From: Oscillospiraceae bacterium
Lineage (GTDB): Bacteria; Bacillota; Clostridia; Oscillospirales; Ruminococcaceae
NCBI GenBank assembly: GCA_019424695.1
Contig: JAHYZA010000009.1
Location: forward strand, 29,085 to 93,084
DNA: 64,000 nt
Reading direction: 5' to 3'
Made by a program: the position numbers and the translations under genes. The notes below the pieces were generated by a model. It was not told the DNA's origin and did not search any database. It was given only the letters and a program-made list of their open reading frames with translations. Below are positions 1 to 8,832 of this stretch, piece by piece. The first letter of the stretch is position 1; each line of letters starts with the position of its first letter.

Positions 1-531
1 GCAGCGCTGAAGGGGACGACCGGCTCGCTGAAAGTGGGCATCGTCAACTATGATGTGAACAGCGCCAACGGTCAGGACCGCGAGCGCGGTGCGGTGGATG
101 CCTTTGCAGACAGTGGCCGTGCCGAGATCGTGGCTACCATCCATACCCTGGCGGAGGCCGTCAGTGCCAGACAGGATACGCTGGCGATGCTGCGCGCCCA
201 TCCCGAGATCAATGTGCTGCTGGCGTTCAACGAACCCACCAGCGTGGGTGCCGCCCAGGCGGTGGAAGAACTGCATCTCCAGAATGCCCTGTGCATGGTG
301 GCATTTGACTCCAATCTGGCAACGGTGGATGCGCTGCAGACCGGTGTGGTGGATGCGCTGGTGGTCCAGAATACCTATGAAATGGGATATTTTGGCGTGG
401 AGAGTGCCTACAAGCTGCTGAGCGGCCAGCGCGGCGAAGTGGAGAAGCACGTGGATACAGCGACCCGCGTCATCAACCGGGACAATCTGTTTGACCTGGA
501 CAGTCAGAAAGTGCTGTTCCCTGTATCCTGA
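1..531 (+). CDS. Sugar-binding (RbsB/LacI-type periplasmic-binding fold) protein, C-terminal part; 5' end outside window
   Basis: Frame is open from base 1. Motifs 'LLAFNEPTSVGAAQA', 'VAFDS' and 'LVVQNTYEMGY' are typical of sugar ABC substrate-binding proteins. Confidence 0.8.
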   Translation, partial: AALKGTTGSLKVGIVNYDVNSANGQDRERGAVDAFADSGRAEIVATIHTLAEAVSARQDTLAMLRAHPEINVLLAFNEPTSVGAAQAVEELHLQNALCMVAFDSNLATVDALQTGVVDALVVQNTYEMGYFGVESAYKLLSGQRGEVEKHVDTATRVINRDNLFDLDSQKVLFPVS

Positions 532-544
532 AAGCAACAAAGGA

Positions 545-584
545 AAAAGCCCTCGCTGCAGAAGGTTCTGCAGCGAGGGCTTTT
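545..584. terminator. Bidirectional intrinsic terminator
   Basis: Inverted repeat aaaagccctcgctgcagaa-gg-ttctgcagcgagggctttt between convergent genes. Confidence 0.9.
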
Positions 585-603
585 GTGGTAACGGGAAAAA
601 CCA

Positions 604-1182
604 TCACCGGCGCGGGCGGGGCTTGCGCTTGCGCACACTGTAGCCAAAGGTGCCCAGGCGGCGGCCCAGTGCCAGATAGTCGCCGTGGGAATACACGATC
701 AGCTTGGCTTTGTTCAGGCAGAGTTTGCCGTCCTCGTTCAGCAAAGACTCATCCACGTCCACGGCCACACACTCGGCCAGGAACAGGTCGTGGCTGCCCA
801 GCGAGATCACCTGGGTGACCTTGCATTCCAGATTCAGGGGGCTTTCCTCCACCAGGACCGTGCCGACTTTGCTGGCCGGGACCGGGGTCAGTTTCATGGC
901 GGCAAACTTGTCTACATCCCGGCCGCTCTTCACACCGCACCAGTCCACCGCGCGCACCAGCGCTTCGGTGGGCAGATTGACGACGAACTCACCGCTCTCC
1001 TGGATCAGGTGATGGCTGTACCGCTCGGGCCGCACACTGATGGAAAGCATGGGCGGCTGGGTGCAGATGGTGCCGCACCAGCCCACGGTGATCAGGTTGG
1101 GCTGGTCGGGGCTGCCGCAGCTGACCAGTACCGGCGGTTCGGGATTGAGCAGGGTGGAACCCTTCCATACCTGACGGCTCAT
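604..1182 (-). CDS. Flavin reductase-like (flavoredoxin/DIM6-NTAB) family protein
   Basis: Motifs 'PEPPVLVSCG', 'NLITVGW', 'CGVKSGRDVDK' and 'LGSHDLFLAE'. Overlaps the upstream stop (ATGA). Confidence 0.85.
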   Translation of the reverse strand: MSRQVWKGSTLLNPEPPVLVSCGSPDQPNLITVGWCGTICTQPPMLSISVRPERYSHHLIQESGEFVVNLPTEALVRAVDWCGVKSGRDVDKFAAMKLTPVPASKVGTVLVEESPLNLECKVTQVISLGSHDLFLAECVAVDVDESLLNEDGKLCLNKAKLIVYSHGDYLALGRRLGTFGYSVRKRKPRPRR

Positions 1183-2165
1183 GCGTCCTCCTCCTTGCTG
1201 CGTTCAAAATTGGGGGTCGTCTCGCTGATAATATAGCGCGGACGATGCTTGGTCTCCATGTAGATCTTGCCGATGTACTCGCCGATCACACCCAGGCAGA
1301 TCAGCTGCACACCGGACACAAAGCAGATGATGCTGGTCGTGCTGGCCCAACCGGAAACCGTCATGCCGAGGGCGGCCTCGATCACGGCCCACAGCACGCC
1401 GATGAAGCTGACCAGCGCCACAAGGACGCCGAAGCCGGTGATGAAGCGGATGGGTTTGATGGACAGGCTGGTGATGCCGTCAAAAGCCAGGGAGAGCATC
1501 TTGGAAAGGGGATAATGGCTTTCACCGGCAATGCGCTCGTGGCGCTCGTAGGTCACGCAGGTGGATTTGAAGCCCACCAGCGGTACCATGCCGCGCAAGA
1601 ACAGATTGACCTCCTTGAAACGGGCAAATTCCTGCAGTACCCGGGCGCTCATCAGGCGGTAATCCGCATGGTTGAAGACGACTTCGGCGCCCATGGCGTT
1701 GAGCAGCTTGTAAAAGCTCTCGGCGGTAAACCGCTTGAAGAAGGTATCGGTATCGCGCTTGCTGCGCACGCCGTACACCACATCGCAGCCGTCCAGGTAA
1801 GCGTCCACCATGGCGTCCATGGCGTTGATGTCATCCTGGCCGTCGCAGTCGATGGAGATCGTGATGTCGCAGCGGTCTTTGGCTTCCATCAGCCCGGCCA
1901 GCACGGCATTCTGATGGCCGCGGTTGCGGCTCTGGCAGATGCCGGCGTAATGGGGGTCGGCGGCAGCCAGGCCGTTGATGATCTCCCAGGTGCGGTCCTT
2001 GGAACCGTCGTTGACGAACAGAACGCGGCTGTCGGGACTGATTTTTCCGGCGGCGGACAGGTCGGTGATCTTTTTCAGAAACTGCGGTGCCGTGATGGGC
2101 AGCACCTCCTGCTCATTATAGCAGGGGATGATGATGTAAAGAACAGGTGGTTGACGGTTTTCCAT
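1179..2165 (-). CDS. GT2 glycosyltransferase, GtrB/CsbB-like polyprenol-phosphate glycosyltransferase
   Basis: 'IIIPCYNE', 'VNDGSKD', 'SRNRGHQNA', DxD 'DCDGQD', and two C-terminal TM helices. Confidence 0.9.
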   Translation of the reverse strand: MENRQPPVLYIIIPCYNEQEVLPITAPQFLKKITDLSAAGKISPDSRVLFVNDGSKDRTWEIINGLAAADPHYAGICQSRNRGHQNAVLAGLMEAKDRCDITISIDCDGQDDINAMDAMVDAYLDGCDVVYGVRSKRDTDTFFKRFTAESFYKLLNAMGAEVVFNHADYRLMSARVLQEFARFKEVNLFLRGMVPLVGFKSTCVTYERHERIAGESHYPLSKMLSLAFDGITSLSIKPIRFITGFGVLVALVSFIGVLWAVIEAALGMTVSGWASTTSIICFVSGVQLICLGVIGEYIGKIYMETKHRPRYIISETTPNFERSKEEDA

Positions 2166-2295
2166 GATAGTACCTCGATAAGAAGGAAAACAAAAGTTTG
2201 GACGAACAGGCCCTCCCGGCAGACTCCCAGGGGCCCGAGAAAACAGCTTTTATAGAAATGAGTTCATTATAGCATATACGATACAAATACTGCAA

Positions 2296-2988
2296 TCATT
2301 GGCCCATGGAGCGCAGCCGTTCGGGGTCCAGCAGCTTGAAGCTGCGGCGGAACAAAGCCAGAAGCCCCTCGTCCTGCATGCGGCTCAGCTCCCGGCACAG
2401 GGCGCTGCGGTCACAGTTTAGGTAGGAGGCCAGTTCCCCCCGGGTCAGCGGGGTGTCGAAGGTGTCAGCCCCGGCTTCTTCCCGCTGCTCCAGCAGCCAC
2501 AGGCAGATGCGCCCGCGCAGGCTCTTGCAGCACAACAATTCCAAGCGGCGGTCCAGCGCAAAATATTTGCTGCTGACCGTTTGCAGCCAGTTGTGCAGCA
2601 GTTGCAGGTGGGCGGGATGCAGCGCACCGCAGGGACGCAGCAGCGCTTCACAGGGCAGATACAACACCAGGCAGGGCTGGGCGGCTGTCACATTCACGGG
2701 ACTTTTGCTCTGGCCGCCTGCCAGTACATCGGCAAAGACGCCGCCCGGCCCCATGTGTGCCATGACCACGGCGGTGCCGTCGGGCATCGGTTTGGCGGCT
2801 ACGATCTCGCCTTCCAGCACAATGCCTACCTCGGTGGTGGGGTAGCCGGCCAGCAGCAAAAGTTCGCCGCGTTCGTAGCGGCGGACATGGGGCGCAAAAC
2901 AGTCGGTCAGGGTCTGCAGGTCGCTGTCCCGCATGCCCTGGAACAAACTGGTGCTGCGCAAAACGTCGTAATAGGGGGAATAATCCAT
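2296..2988 (-). CDS. Crp/Fnr-family transcriptional regulator
   Basis: cNMP-binding-like N-domain and C-terminal HTH 'TRGELASYLNCDRSALCRELSRM'. Start placed at the ATG at 2988, after a GAGGTG RBS. Confidence 0.9.
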   Translation of the reverse strand: MDYSPYYDVLRSTSLFQGMRDSDLQTLTDCFAPHVRRYERGELLLLAGYPTTEVGIVLEGEIVAAKPMPDGTAVVMAHMGPGGVFADVLAGGQSKSPVNVTAAQPCLVLYLPCEALLRPCGALHPAHLQLLHNWLQTVSSKYFALDRRLELLCCKSLRGRICLWLLEQREEAGADTFDTPLTRGELASYLNCDRSALCRELSRMQDEGLLALFRRSFKLLDPERLRSMGQ

Positions 2989-3008
2989 ACAGCACCTCAC
3001 ACAAAACG

Positions 3009-3050
3009 GTTGCCTTGGCAACAGACAATTTTTTAACATTATAGTATAGT
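3009..3050 (+). promoter_or_regulatory. Palindromic operator GTTGCC-TT-GGCAAC plus -10 TATAGT; candidate Crp/Fnr class II activated promoter of the ABC operon
   Basis: Palindrome at 3009-3022 and TATAGT at 3045-3050, with no good -35. Lies between the divergent Crp/Fnr gene and the ABC operon. Confidence 0.6.
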
Positions 3051-3083
3051 GGTGCCGCAAATGCAATAAGGAGGAATAGACTT

Positions 3084-4121
3084 ATGAAATTCAAGCGTAT
3101 TCTGGCGGCTGTCACAGCGGCTGCCCTGTGCCTCTCGCTGGCGGCCTGCGGCGCGCCGGCATCCTCTTCTTCCGAAACGGCCACGGCGGAATCCACTCCG
3201 GAGACCACGGTGGCGGAGGCTACTGCCAGCCCCGAAACCGCAGCGGAGGGACTGCGTGTGGCGGGCCTGAAAGGTCCCACCACCATGGGCCTTGTCAATC
3301 TGATGGACAGCGATGACGGCGCCAACTACAACTTCACGATGTACGGCGCTGCCGACGAGATCGTCCCGCTGCTGGTCAAGGGCGAGCTGGACGCTGCGGC
3401 GATCCCGGCCAACCTGGCGGCAACTCTGTACCAGAAGACCAGCGGCCAGGTGGAAGTTGCCTGCGTCAACACGCTGGGAGTTCTGTACATTGTGGAAAAC
3501 GGTGAAACGGTCCAGTCTGTGGCCGACCTCAAAGGCCAGACCATCGTGACCACCGGCAAAGGCACCACGCCGGAGTACGTGCTGCGCTATGTGCTGAGCC
3601 AGAACGGCATTGACCCCGACAACGACGTTACCATCGAATACTGCAGCGAAGCCACCGAGGCGCTCAGCCAGGTGCAGGCAGGCCAGGCGACCATCGCCAT
3701 GCTGCCCCAGCCCTTTGTGACCAGTGCCCTGTCCCAGGTCGAGGGGCTGCGTGTGGCGCTGGATATGAACGACGAATGGCAGAAGGTGGCCGGCTCTCAG
3801 CTGGTGACCGGCGTGCTGGTCGTCCGCAAGGATGCCGTGGAAGCCGATCCCGATGCCTTTGAAGAGTTCCTGAACGGCTATGCCGCCAGTGTGGAAGCGG
3901 CCAACACCGACCTCGAGGGCACCGCAGCCCTGTGCGAGACCTACGGCATCGTTGCCAAGGCCGCCCTGGCCCAGAAGGCCCTGCCGGAGTGCAACATCGT
4001 TTTTGAGCGCGGCGAGCAGATGAAGACCGATCTGGTCAACTACTTCCAGGTCCTCTACGACGCCGACCCCACCAGCGTGGGCGGTGCGATGCCCGCTGAC
4101 GATTTCTACTATGGTGTCTAA
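3084..4121 (+). CDS. ABC transporter substrate-binding lipoprotein (NitT/TauT/SsuA-like)
   Basis: Lipobox LAAC, S/T/E linker, 'LKGPTTMG', 'GKGTTPEY', 'AMLPQPF'; AGGAGG RBS. Confidence 0.85.
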   Translation: MKFKRILAAVTAAALCLSLAACGAPASSSSETATAESTPETTVAEATASPETAAEGLRVAGLKGPTTMGLVNLMDSDDGANYNFTMYGAADEIVPLLVKGELDAAAIPANLAATLYQKTSGQVEVACVNTLGVLYIVENGETVQSVADLKGQTIVTTGKGTTPEYVLRYVLSQNGIDPDNDVTIEYCSEATEALSQVQAGQATIAMLPQPFVTSALSQVEGLRVALDMNDEWQKVAGSQLVTGVLVVRKDAVEADPDAFEEFLNGYAASVEAANTDLEGTAALCETYGIVAKAALAQKALPECNIVFERGEQMKTDLVNYFQVLYDADPTSVGGAMPADDFYYGV

Positions 4122-4872
4122 GTACCGGGAGCGGTTTCTCGCCATGGTTGCCTGGATCATCGTCTGGCAGATCGCCGCGCTGACCCTGGGCCATGGCGGG
4201 CTGTTCCTGGCCACCCCGCTGCAGACCCTCAAAGCCCTGGCTCAGCTGGTGCCGACGGCGGCTTTCTGGCAGCGCATCGGCTTCAGCGCGCTGCGCATCG
4301 TCGCTGGGTTCGTGCTGGCGGTCATCGGCGGTCTCGTGCTGGGGGCGGCCGGTTCGCGCTGGCACGGGGTGCGGGTCTTTGTGGACCCCATCATGCAGCT
4401 GATCCGTGCCATGCCGGTGGCCAGCTTCGTGATTCTGGCCCTGCTGTGGGTCAGCGGCAGCAACCTTTCGGTGGTCGTCAGCTTCACCCATGTGCTGCCG
4501 GTGGTCTACGCCGGGGTGCTGGCCGGCATTGCCGATACCGACCCCCAACTGCTGGAAATGGCGCGGGTCTACCGGCTTTCCTGGATGGCGCGGCTGCGCT
4601 ATATCTGGCTGCCGGGCATTTTCCCGTCTTTCTGTGAAAGCTGCATTGCCGCCATGGGTATGTGCTGGAAGAGCGGCGTCTCGGCGGAGGTCATCGGCCT
4701 GCCGGACCACTCGGTGGGGGATGCGCTCTACCGCGCCAAGATCACACTGTCCACCCCGGATGTTTTCGCCTGGACGCTGGTGATCGTGGTGCTGTCGGCT
4801 TTGCTGTCGGCGGTGGCGGCGCGGCTGCTGCGCGCTGCCAAAGTGCGGCTTTGCGGGGAGGTGCATGTATGA
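4111..4872 (+). CDS. ABC transporter permease (SsuC/TauC-like)
   Basis: Multiple TM segments and EAA-like loop 'DPQLLEMARVY'; overlaps the neighbouring genes. Confidence 0.85.
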   Translation: MVSKYRERFLAMVAWIIVWQIAALTLGHGGLFLATPLQTLKALAQLVPTAAFWQRIGFSALRIVAGFVLAVIGGLVLGAAGSRWHGVRVFVDPIMQLIRAMPVASFVILALLWVSGSNLSVVVSFTHVLPVVYAGVLAGIADTDPQLLEMARVYRLSWMARLRYIWLPGIFPSFCESCIAAMGMCWKSGVSAEVIGLPDHSVGDALYRAKITLSTPDVFAWTLVIVVLSALLSAVAARLLRAAKVRLCGEVHV

Positions 4873-5438
4873 GCATCGTCATCGAAAACCTCTGCAAACG
4901 CTTCGACGGCAAGACTGTGCTGGATCACTTTTCCTGGACGGTGGACCGTCCCATGGTGCTCATGGGGCCTTCCGGCTGCGGTAAGACAACATTGCTGCGT
5001 ATCCTGCTGGGGCTGGAAAAACCGGATGCCGGCACGGTGACTGGTGTGGTCACCCCGGCGGCCGTTTTTCAGGAGGACCGCCTTTGCCCCCAATTGACGG
5101 CAGGCGGCAATCTGGTGCTGGCCGGGCATGGCCTGACCCTGCGGGAAGCCGAAACCGAATTGCGGGCGCTGGGCTTTGCCGACAGTGACCTGACCTTGCC
5201 GGCGGGCAAGCTGTCCGGCGGGCAGAAACGGCGCGCGGCGCTGCTGCGGGCCTTGCTCTGCAAGGATGCCGAAACGCTGCTGATGGACGAACCCTTTACC
5301 GGGATGGACGCCGAACTGGTCGCCCAGGCGGCTGCCGCTGCGGTGCGCCTGACCGGTGAGCGCCCGGCCATTCTGGTCACCCACGATGAGGCGGCCGCCG
5401 CCCTGCTGGGCTGGCCGGTACGGCATTTTTCCGGATAA
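4869..5438 (+). CDS. ABC transporter ATP-binding protein
   Basis: Walker A GPSGCGKT, LSGGQ signature, Walker B LLMDE, H-loop VTHD. Confidence 0.9.
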   Translation: MSIVIENLCKRFDGKTVLDHFSWTVDRPMVLMGPSGCGKTTLLRILLGLEKPDAGTVTGVVTPAAVFQEDRLCPQLTAGGNLVLAGHGLTLREAETELRALGFADSDLTLPAGKLSGGQKRRAALLRALLCKDAETLLMDEPFTGMDAELVAQAAAAAVRLTGERPAILVTHDEAAAALLGWPVRHFSG

Positions 5439-5445
5439 TACAAGC

Positions 5446-5485
5446 AAAAAGCGGAGACAACCAAACGGTTGTCTCCGCTTTTTTT
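5446..5485. terminator. Bidirectional intrinsic terminator
   Basis: aaaaagcggagacaacc-aaac-ggttgtctccgctttttt between convergent genes. Confidence 0.9.
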
Positions 5486-5488
5486 GGT

Positions 5489-6568
5489 TCAGATCAGCGC
5501 TTCCAGAATGGCGTTCTGGACCACCATCCCGGCAGGGGTCAGCCGCAGCTGTTCCCCATCAAATTCGGCATAGCCGCTGGCCACACAGTGACGCAGAAAA
5601 TCCAGCTGCGGTTTGGTGAGATGCCCGCCCCACCGGGCGTAGTCGTCAAGATTCAGCCCGCGGTTCAGCCGCAGCTGCATAAGCAGAAAATCCTCCGCAT
5701 CGCAGACGCCTTCCGGCTGCTCCGTCACACGGCCCGCAATAAAGCCCTGCACATCGTCGGGCCAGAAGCGGCGCACATTGCCGATGCAGCTGTGGGCGGC
5801 GGGACCCACACCCCAGTAGTCCCGGCAGTTCCAGTAGAGAAGATTGTGCCGTCCCTCGTGGCCGGGGCGGGCAAAGTTGCTGATCTCATACTGGCGGTAG
5901 CCCGCCTGCTCCAGCCGCCGCACCGCATAGAGATAGAAGTCGGCGGATTCGTCGGGACCGGGAAGTCCCTCGGGCGGGAACTTCGCAAAGGCAGTGCCCG
6001 GCTCGATTTTGAGAAGATAGGCCGAAATGTGGGTGCACCCGCCGCTTTGCAGCAGGTCCAGGGTGGCATCGAATTCGGTGTTGGAATAGTGGGGCAGCGC
6101 CAGCATGATGTCGCCGCAGATCTCCGGAAAACCTGCTTCCCGGGCCATGCCCAGCGCTTTGGCAGCCCCGGCGGCGGTGTGGGTGCGGCCCAATCGCCGC
6201 AGCTGGGTGTCATCGGCACTCTGCACGCCGAAGCTGATACGGGTGACGCCGGCCTGACGGAATCCGTACAGGGTTTCCCGGGTAATGGTATCGGGGTTGG
6301 CCTCCAGCGTGATCTCGGCACCGGGCAGCGGGTTGGCAGCCTGAATGAGGCTGGCCGACTGGGCGGGGGAGAGCAGGCCCGGAGTGCCGCCGCCGAAATA
6401 CAGCGTATCAGGACGGCGGGAATTTTTGGCAAGTTCCCGCAGCAGCGCATCCACGTAAGATTGCGGTACGCCCCTGGCACCCGGAGCTGAGTAAAAATCA
6501 CAGTAGCGGCACTTGGCCTTGCAGTAGGGAACATGCAGATAGATACCAAAAGAATCCATGGTTGACAT
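5489..6568 (-). CDS. hemW: Radical SAM heme chaperone HemW (HemN-like)
   Basis: 'YLHVPYCKAKCRYCDF' (CxxxCxxC), 'YFGGGTP', 'YEISNF', and the HemW signature HNxxYW ('HNLLYW'). Confidence 0.85.
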   Translation of the reverse strand: MSTMDSFGIYLHVPYCKAKCRYCDFYSAPGARGVPQSYVDALLRELAKNSRRPDTLYFGGGTPGLLSPAQSASLIQAANPLPGAEITLEANPDTITRETLYGFRQAGVTRISFGVQSADDTQLRRLGRTHTAAGAAKALGMAREAGFPEICGDIMLALPHYSNTEFDATLDLLQSGGCTHISAYLLKIEPGTAFAKFPPEGLPGPDESADFYLYAVRRLEQAGYRQYEISNFARPGHEGRHNLLYWNCRDYWGVGPAAHSCIGNVRRFWPDDVQGFIAGRVTEQPEGVCDAEDFLLMQLRLNRGLNLDDYARWGGHLTKPQLDFLRHCVASGYAEFDGEQLRLTPAGMVVQNAILEALI

Positions 6569-6671
6569 TTTTCCTTCTCTATAGGATACTGTTAACAGGT
6601 ACTTCATAAATTTGTGATGGTTTTCACATCTTTTATGGCTATAATACCGTATTAAGAAAGGGGAATCAACC

Positions 6672-7388
6672 ATGTACCAAAATTACAATGATATTTCTTA
6701 CGCGGAAAGCCCGTTCGGCACGCTAAGTCAGTATATGACCAAAACTTTCGGCTGGATGTTCGCCGGCCTGCTGGTGACCTTTGCTGTGGGCATCGGTACC
6801 GTGACCAGCGGTCTGGTATATCTGCTGGCCGGAACCGGCCTGATCTTCCTTACGGCCATCGCGGAACTGGTGATGGTGTTCGTGCTTTCGGCCCGTATCA
6901 CCAAAATCCAGCCCGGCACCGCCACCGGCCTCTTCTTCGGCTATGCGGTGCTCAACGGCATCAACCTGTCCACCATCTTCCTGGTGTATGACGTGGGCAG
7001 CCTGGTGCTGGCGTTCCTGGTGGGCGCCGTTTACTTCGGCGTCATGGCCGTCTATGGAGCCACCACCCGCCGGGACCTCACCGGGTGGGGCCCGAGCCTT
7101 TTTGCCGGCCTGGTCGCCATGCTGGTCTGCTCGCTGGTGGGCAGCCTGTTCAGCCTCTTCGGCATGCGCTTCGGCCTGATGGATCTGGTGCTCTGCGCCA
7201 TCGGTCTTCTGATCTTTATGGGCCTGACTGCCTATGACACTCAGATGCTCAAACATCACTACGCCTACTTCGGCGGGGATGCAGCCATGCTGCACAAGGC
7301 GTCCATCATCGGTGCGCTGAACCTGTATCTGGACTTCATCAACATCTTCCTGTATATCCTGCGCATGGTCGGTCGCCGCAGCGACTGA
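6672..7388 (+). CDS. Bax inhibitor-1/YccA family membrane protein
   Basis: About seven TM helices, 'TAYDTQ', and C-terminal 'ALNLYLDFINIFLYILR'. Confidence 0.92.
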   Translation: MYQNYNDISYAESPFGTLSQYMTKTFGWMFAGLLVTFAVGIGTVTSGLVYLLAGTGLIFLTAIAELVMVFVLSARITKIQPGTATGLFFGYAVLNGINLSTIFLVYDVGSLVLAFLVGAVYFGVMAVYGATTRRDLTGWGPSLFAGLVAMLVCSLVGSLFSLFGMRFGLMDLVLCAIGLLIFMGLTAYDTQMLKHHYAYFGGDAAMLHKASIIGALNLYLDFINIFLYILRMVGRRSD

Positions 7389-7397
7389 TCCGCCGGC

Positions 7398-7427
7398 AAG
7401 GGAGGGCCTTCGGGCCCTCCCTTTTTT
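7398..7427 (+). terminator. Intrinsic terminator
   Basis: aagggagggcc-ttcg-ggccctcccttttt (cUUCGg loop and U tract). Confidence 0.9.
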
Positions 7428-7441
7428 GCGTCATGCCTGCC

Positions 7442-7470
7442 TTGACAAATTCCGGCGGGCTGGCTATACT
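7442..7470 (+). promoter_or_regulatory. Sigma-A promoter of the pheST leader
   Basis: TTGACA-17 bp-TATACT. Confidence 0.85.
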
Positions 7471-7489
7471 AGTAGGCGTATTGAAAAAA

Positions 7490-7759
7490 CACGATGACGG
7501 AGAAAGTAAGCGCGGGGCCTTTGGGCCAGAGAGGGCGGTCGTCGGCTGCAAGCCGCCTGCAAAGCACCCGCGCCGAAGTTCGCTCCCGAGTGGTGTGCGG
7601 GAACGGCGGCCCCAGGCTGCCCAGTAGCGCGCAACGGCCCTGCACCGTTACAGGCAGACAAAGAGTGCCGCGCAGCTTTGCGCGGAACACGGGTGGTACC
7701 GCGGAGTTTTGAAGTACAAGGCTTCGTCCCTGAGGAAAGACAGGGACGAGGTCTTTTTT
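7490..7759 (+). ncRNA. T-box riboswitch, Phe specifier (UUC)
   Basis: Stem I features (GA motif, AGAGA, GCUG), specifier GAAG-TTC at 7579-7581, T-box AACACGGGTGGTACCGCG at 7686-7703, and a terminator hairpin with U tract at 7720-7759, upstream of pheS. Confidence 0.93.
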
Positions 7760-7793
7760 GTTTGCCCCGCCCCGTACAGAGCAGAGGTGTACT

Positions 7794-8816
7794 ATGGAAG
7801 AAAAAATCAAGGAATTGCGCGCCGCCATCGAGCAGGCGGGCGCGGCTGTTGCCAATGAAGCGGAGCTGTCGGACTTCTGGCAGAAGTTTCTGAGCAAGAA
7901 TGGTGCGGTAGCCGGTCTCACCAAGGCGCTGCGCGACGTGCCCAAGGAGGACCGTCCCGCCATGGGCAAGACCATCAACGAGTTCAAGAACTGGGCCGAG
8001 GGCCAGTACCAGGCGCTGTCCGCCCAGGTGGAGAAGGCTGCCCTGGCAGCCCGCAACGCGGCCGAGACGGTGGATATCACACTGCCGGCCAAGACCCGCA
8101 CCACCGGCAACCTGCATCCCATCACCCTCGTCAAGAACGAGATCGTGGATGTGTTCTCCGGTATGGGCTTTGAAATCTACGAAGGTCCTGAAATCGAGGA
8201 CGATGACCACAACTTCACCCGCCTGAACGTGCCGAAGAATCATCCGGCCCGGGATATGCAGGATACCTTCTACGTGGCCGACGATATTGTGCTGCGCACC
8301 CAGACCAGCGGCGGTCAGATCCGCGTCATGGATATGGAAAAGCCGCCCATCAAGGTGTTGGTGCCGGGCCGCGTGTTCCGTTCGGACTCCGACGCCACCC
8401 ACAGCCCCATGTTCCATCAGATGGAAGGTCTTGTGGTGGATAAGGGCATCACCCTGTGCGACCTGCAGGGCATGCTGGACAAGTTCGTCCAGGCCCTGTT
8501 CGGCCCCGAGGTCAAGACCCGTCTGCGGCCGTCCTACTTCCCCTTCACCGAGCCCAGCGTCGAGGTGGACGTTTCCTGCTTCGAGTGCGGCGGCAAGGGC
8601 TGCTCGCTGTGCAAGCACACCGGCTGGATCGAGGTCCTGGGCGCCGGCGTGGTGCATCACAGTGTGCTGGAAAACTGCGGCATCGACCCGAAGGTGTATT
8701 CCGGCTTTGCTTTCGGCATCGGCATCGAGCGTATCGCCATGCTCAAGTACGGCATCAACAACATCGGTCTGATGTTTGAAAACGATCTGCGTTTCCTGAA
8801 GCAGTTCGAGGATTGA
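7794..8816 (+). CDS. pheS: Phenylalanine--tRNA ligase alpha subunit
   Basis: '[11 protein letters not shown]', 'FHQMEGL', 'YFPFTEPS', '[10 protein letters not shown]'; start after a GAGGTG RBS. Confidence 0.98.
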   Translation: MEEKIKELRAAIEQAGAAVANEAELSDFWQKFLSKNGAVAGLTKALRDVPKEDRPAMGKTINEFKNWAEGQYQALSAQVEKAALAARNAAETVDITLPAKTRTTGNLHPITLVKNEIVDVFSGMGFEIYEGPEIEDDDHNFTRLNVPKNHPARDMQDTFYVADDIVLRTQTSGGQIRVMDMEKPPIKVLVPGRVFRSDSDATHSPMFHQMEGLVVDKGITLCDLQGMLDKFVQALFGPEVKTRLRPSYFPFTEPSVEVDVSCFECGGKGCSLCKHTGWIEVLGAGVVHHSVLENCGIDPKVYSGFAFGIGIERIAMLKYGINNIGLMFENDLRFLKQFED

Positions 8817-8832
8817 GAGGGGGAAGTCTGGA

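Noticed and set aside
4869..5438. Short (189-aa) ABC ATPase as a possible pseudogene
   Set aside because: Walker A, signature, Walker B and H-loop are all present, with clean coupling and a terminator.
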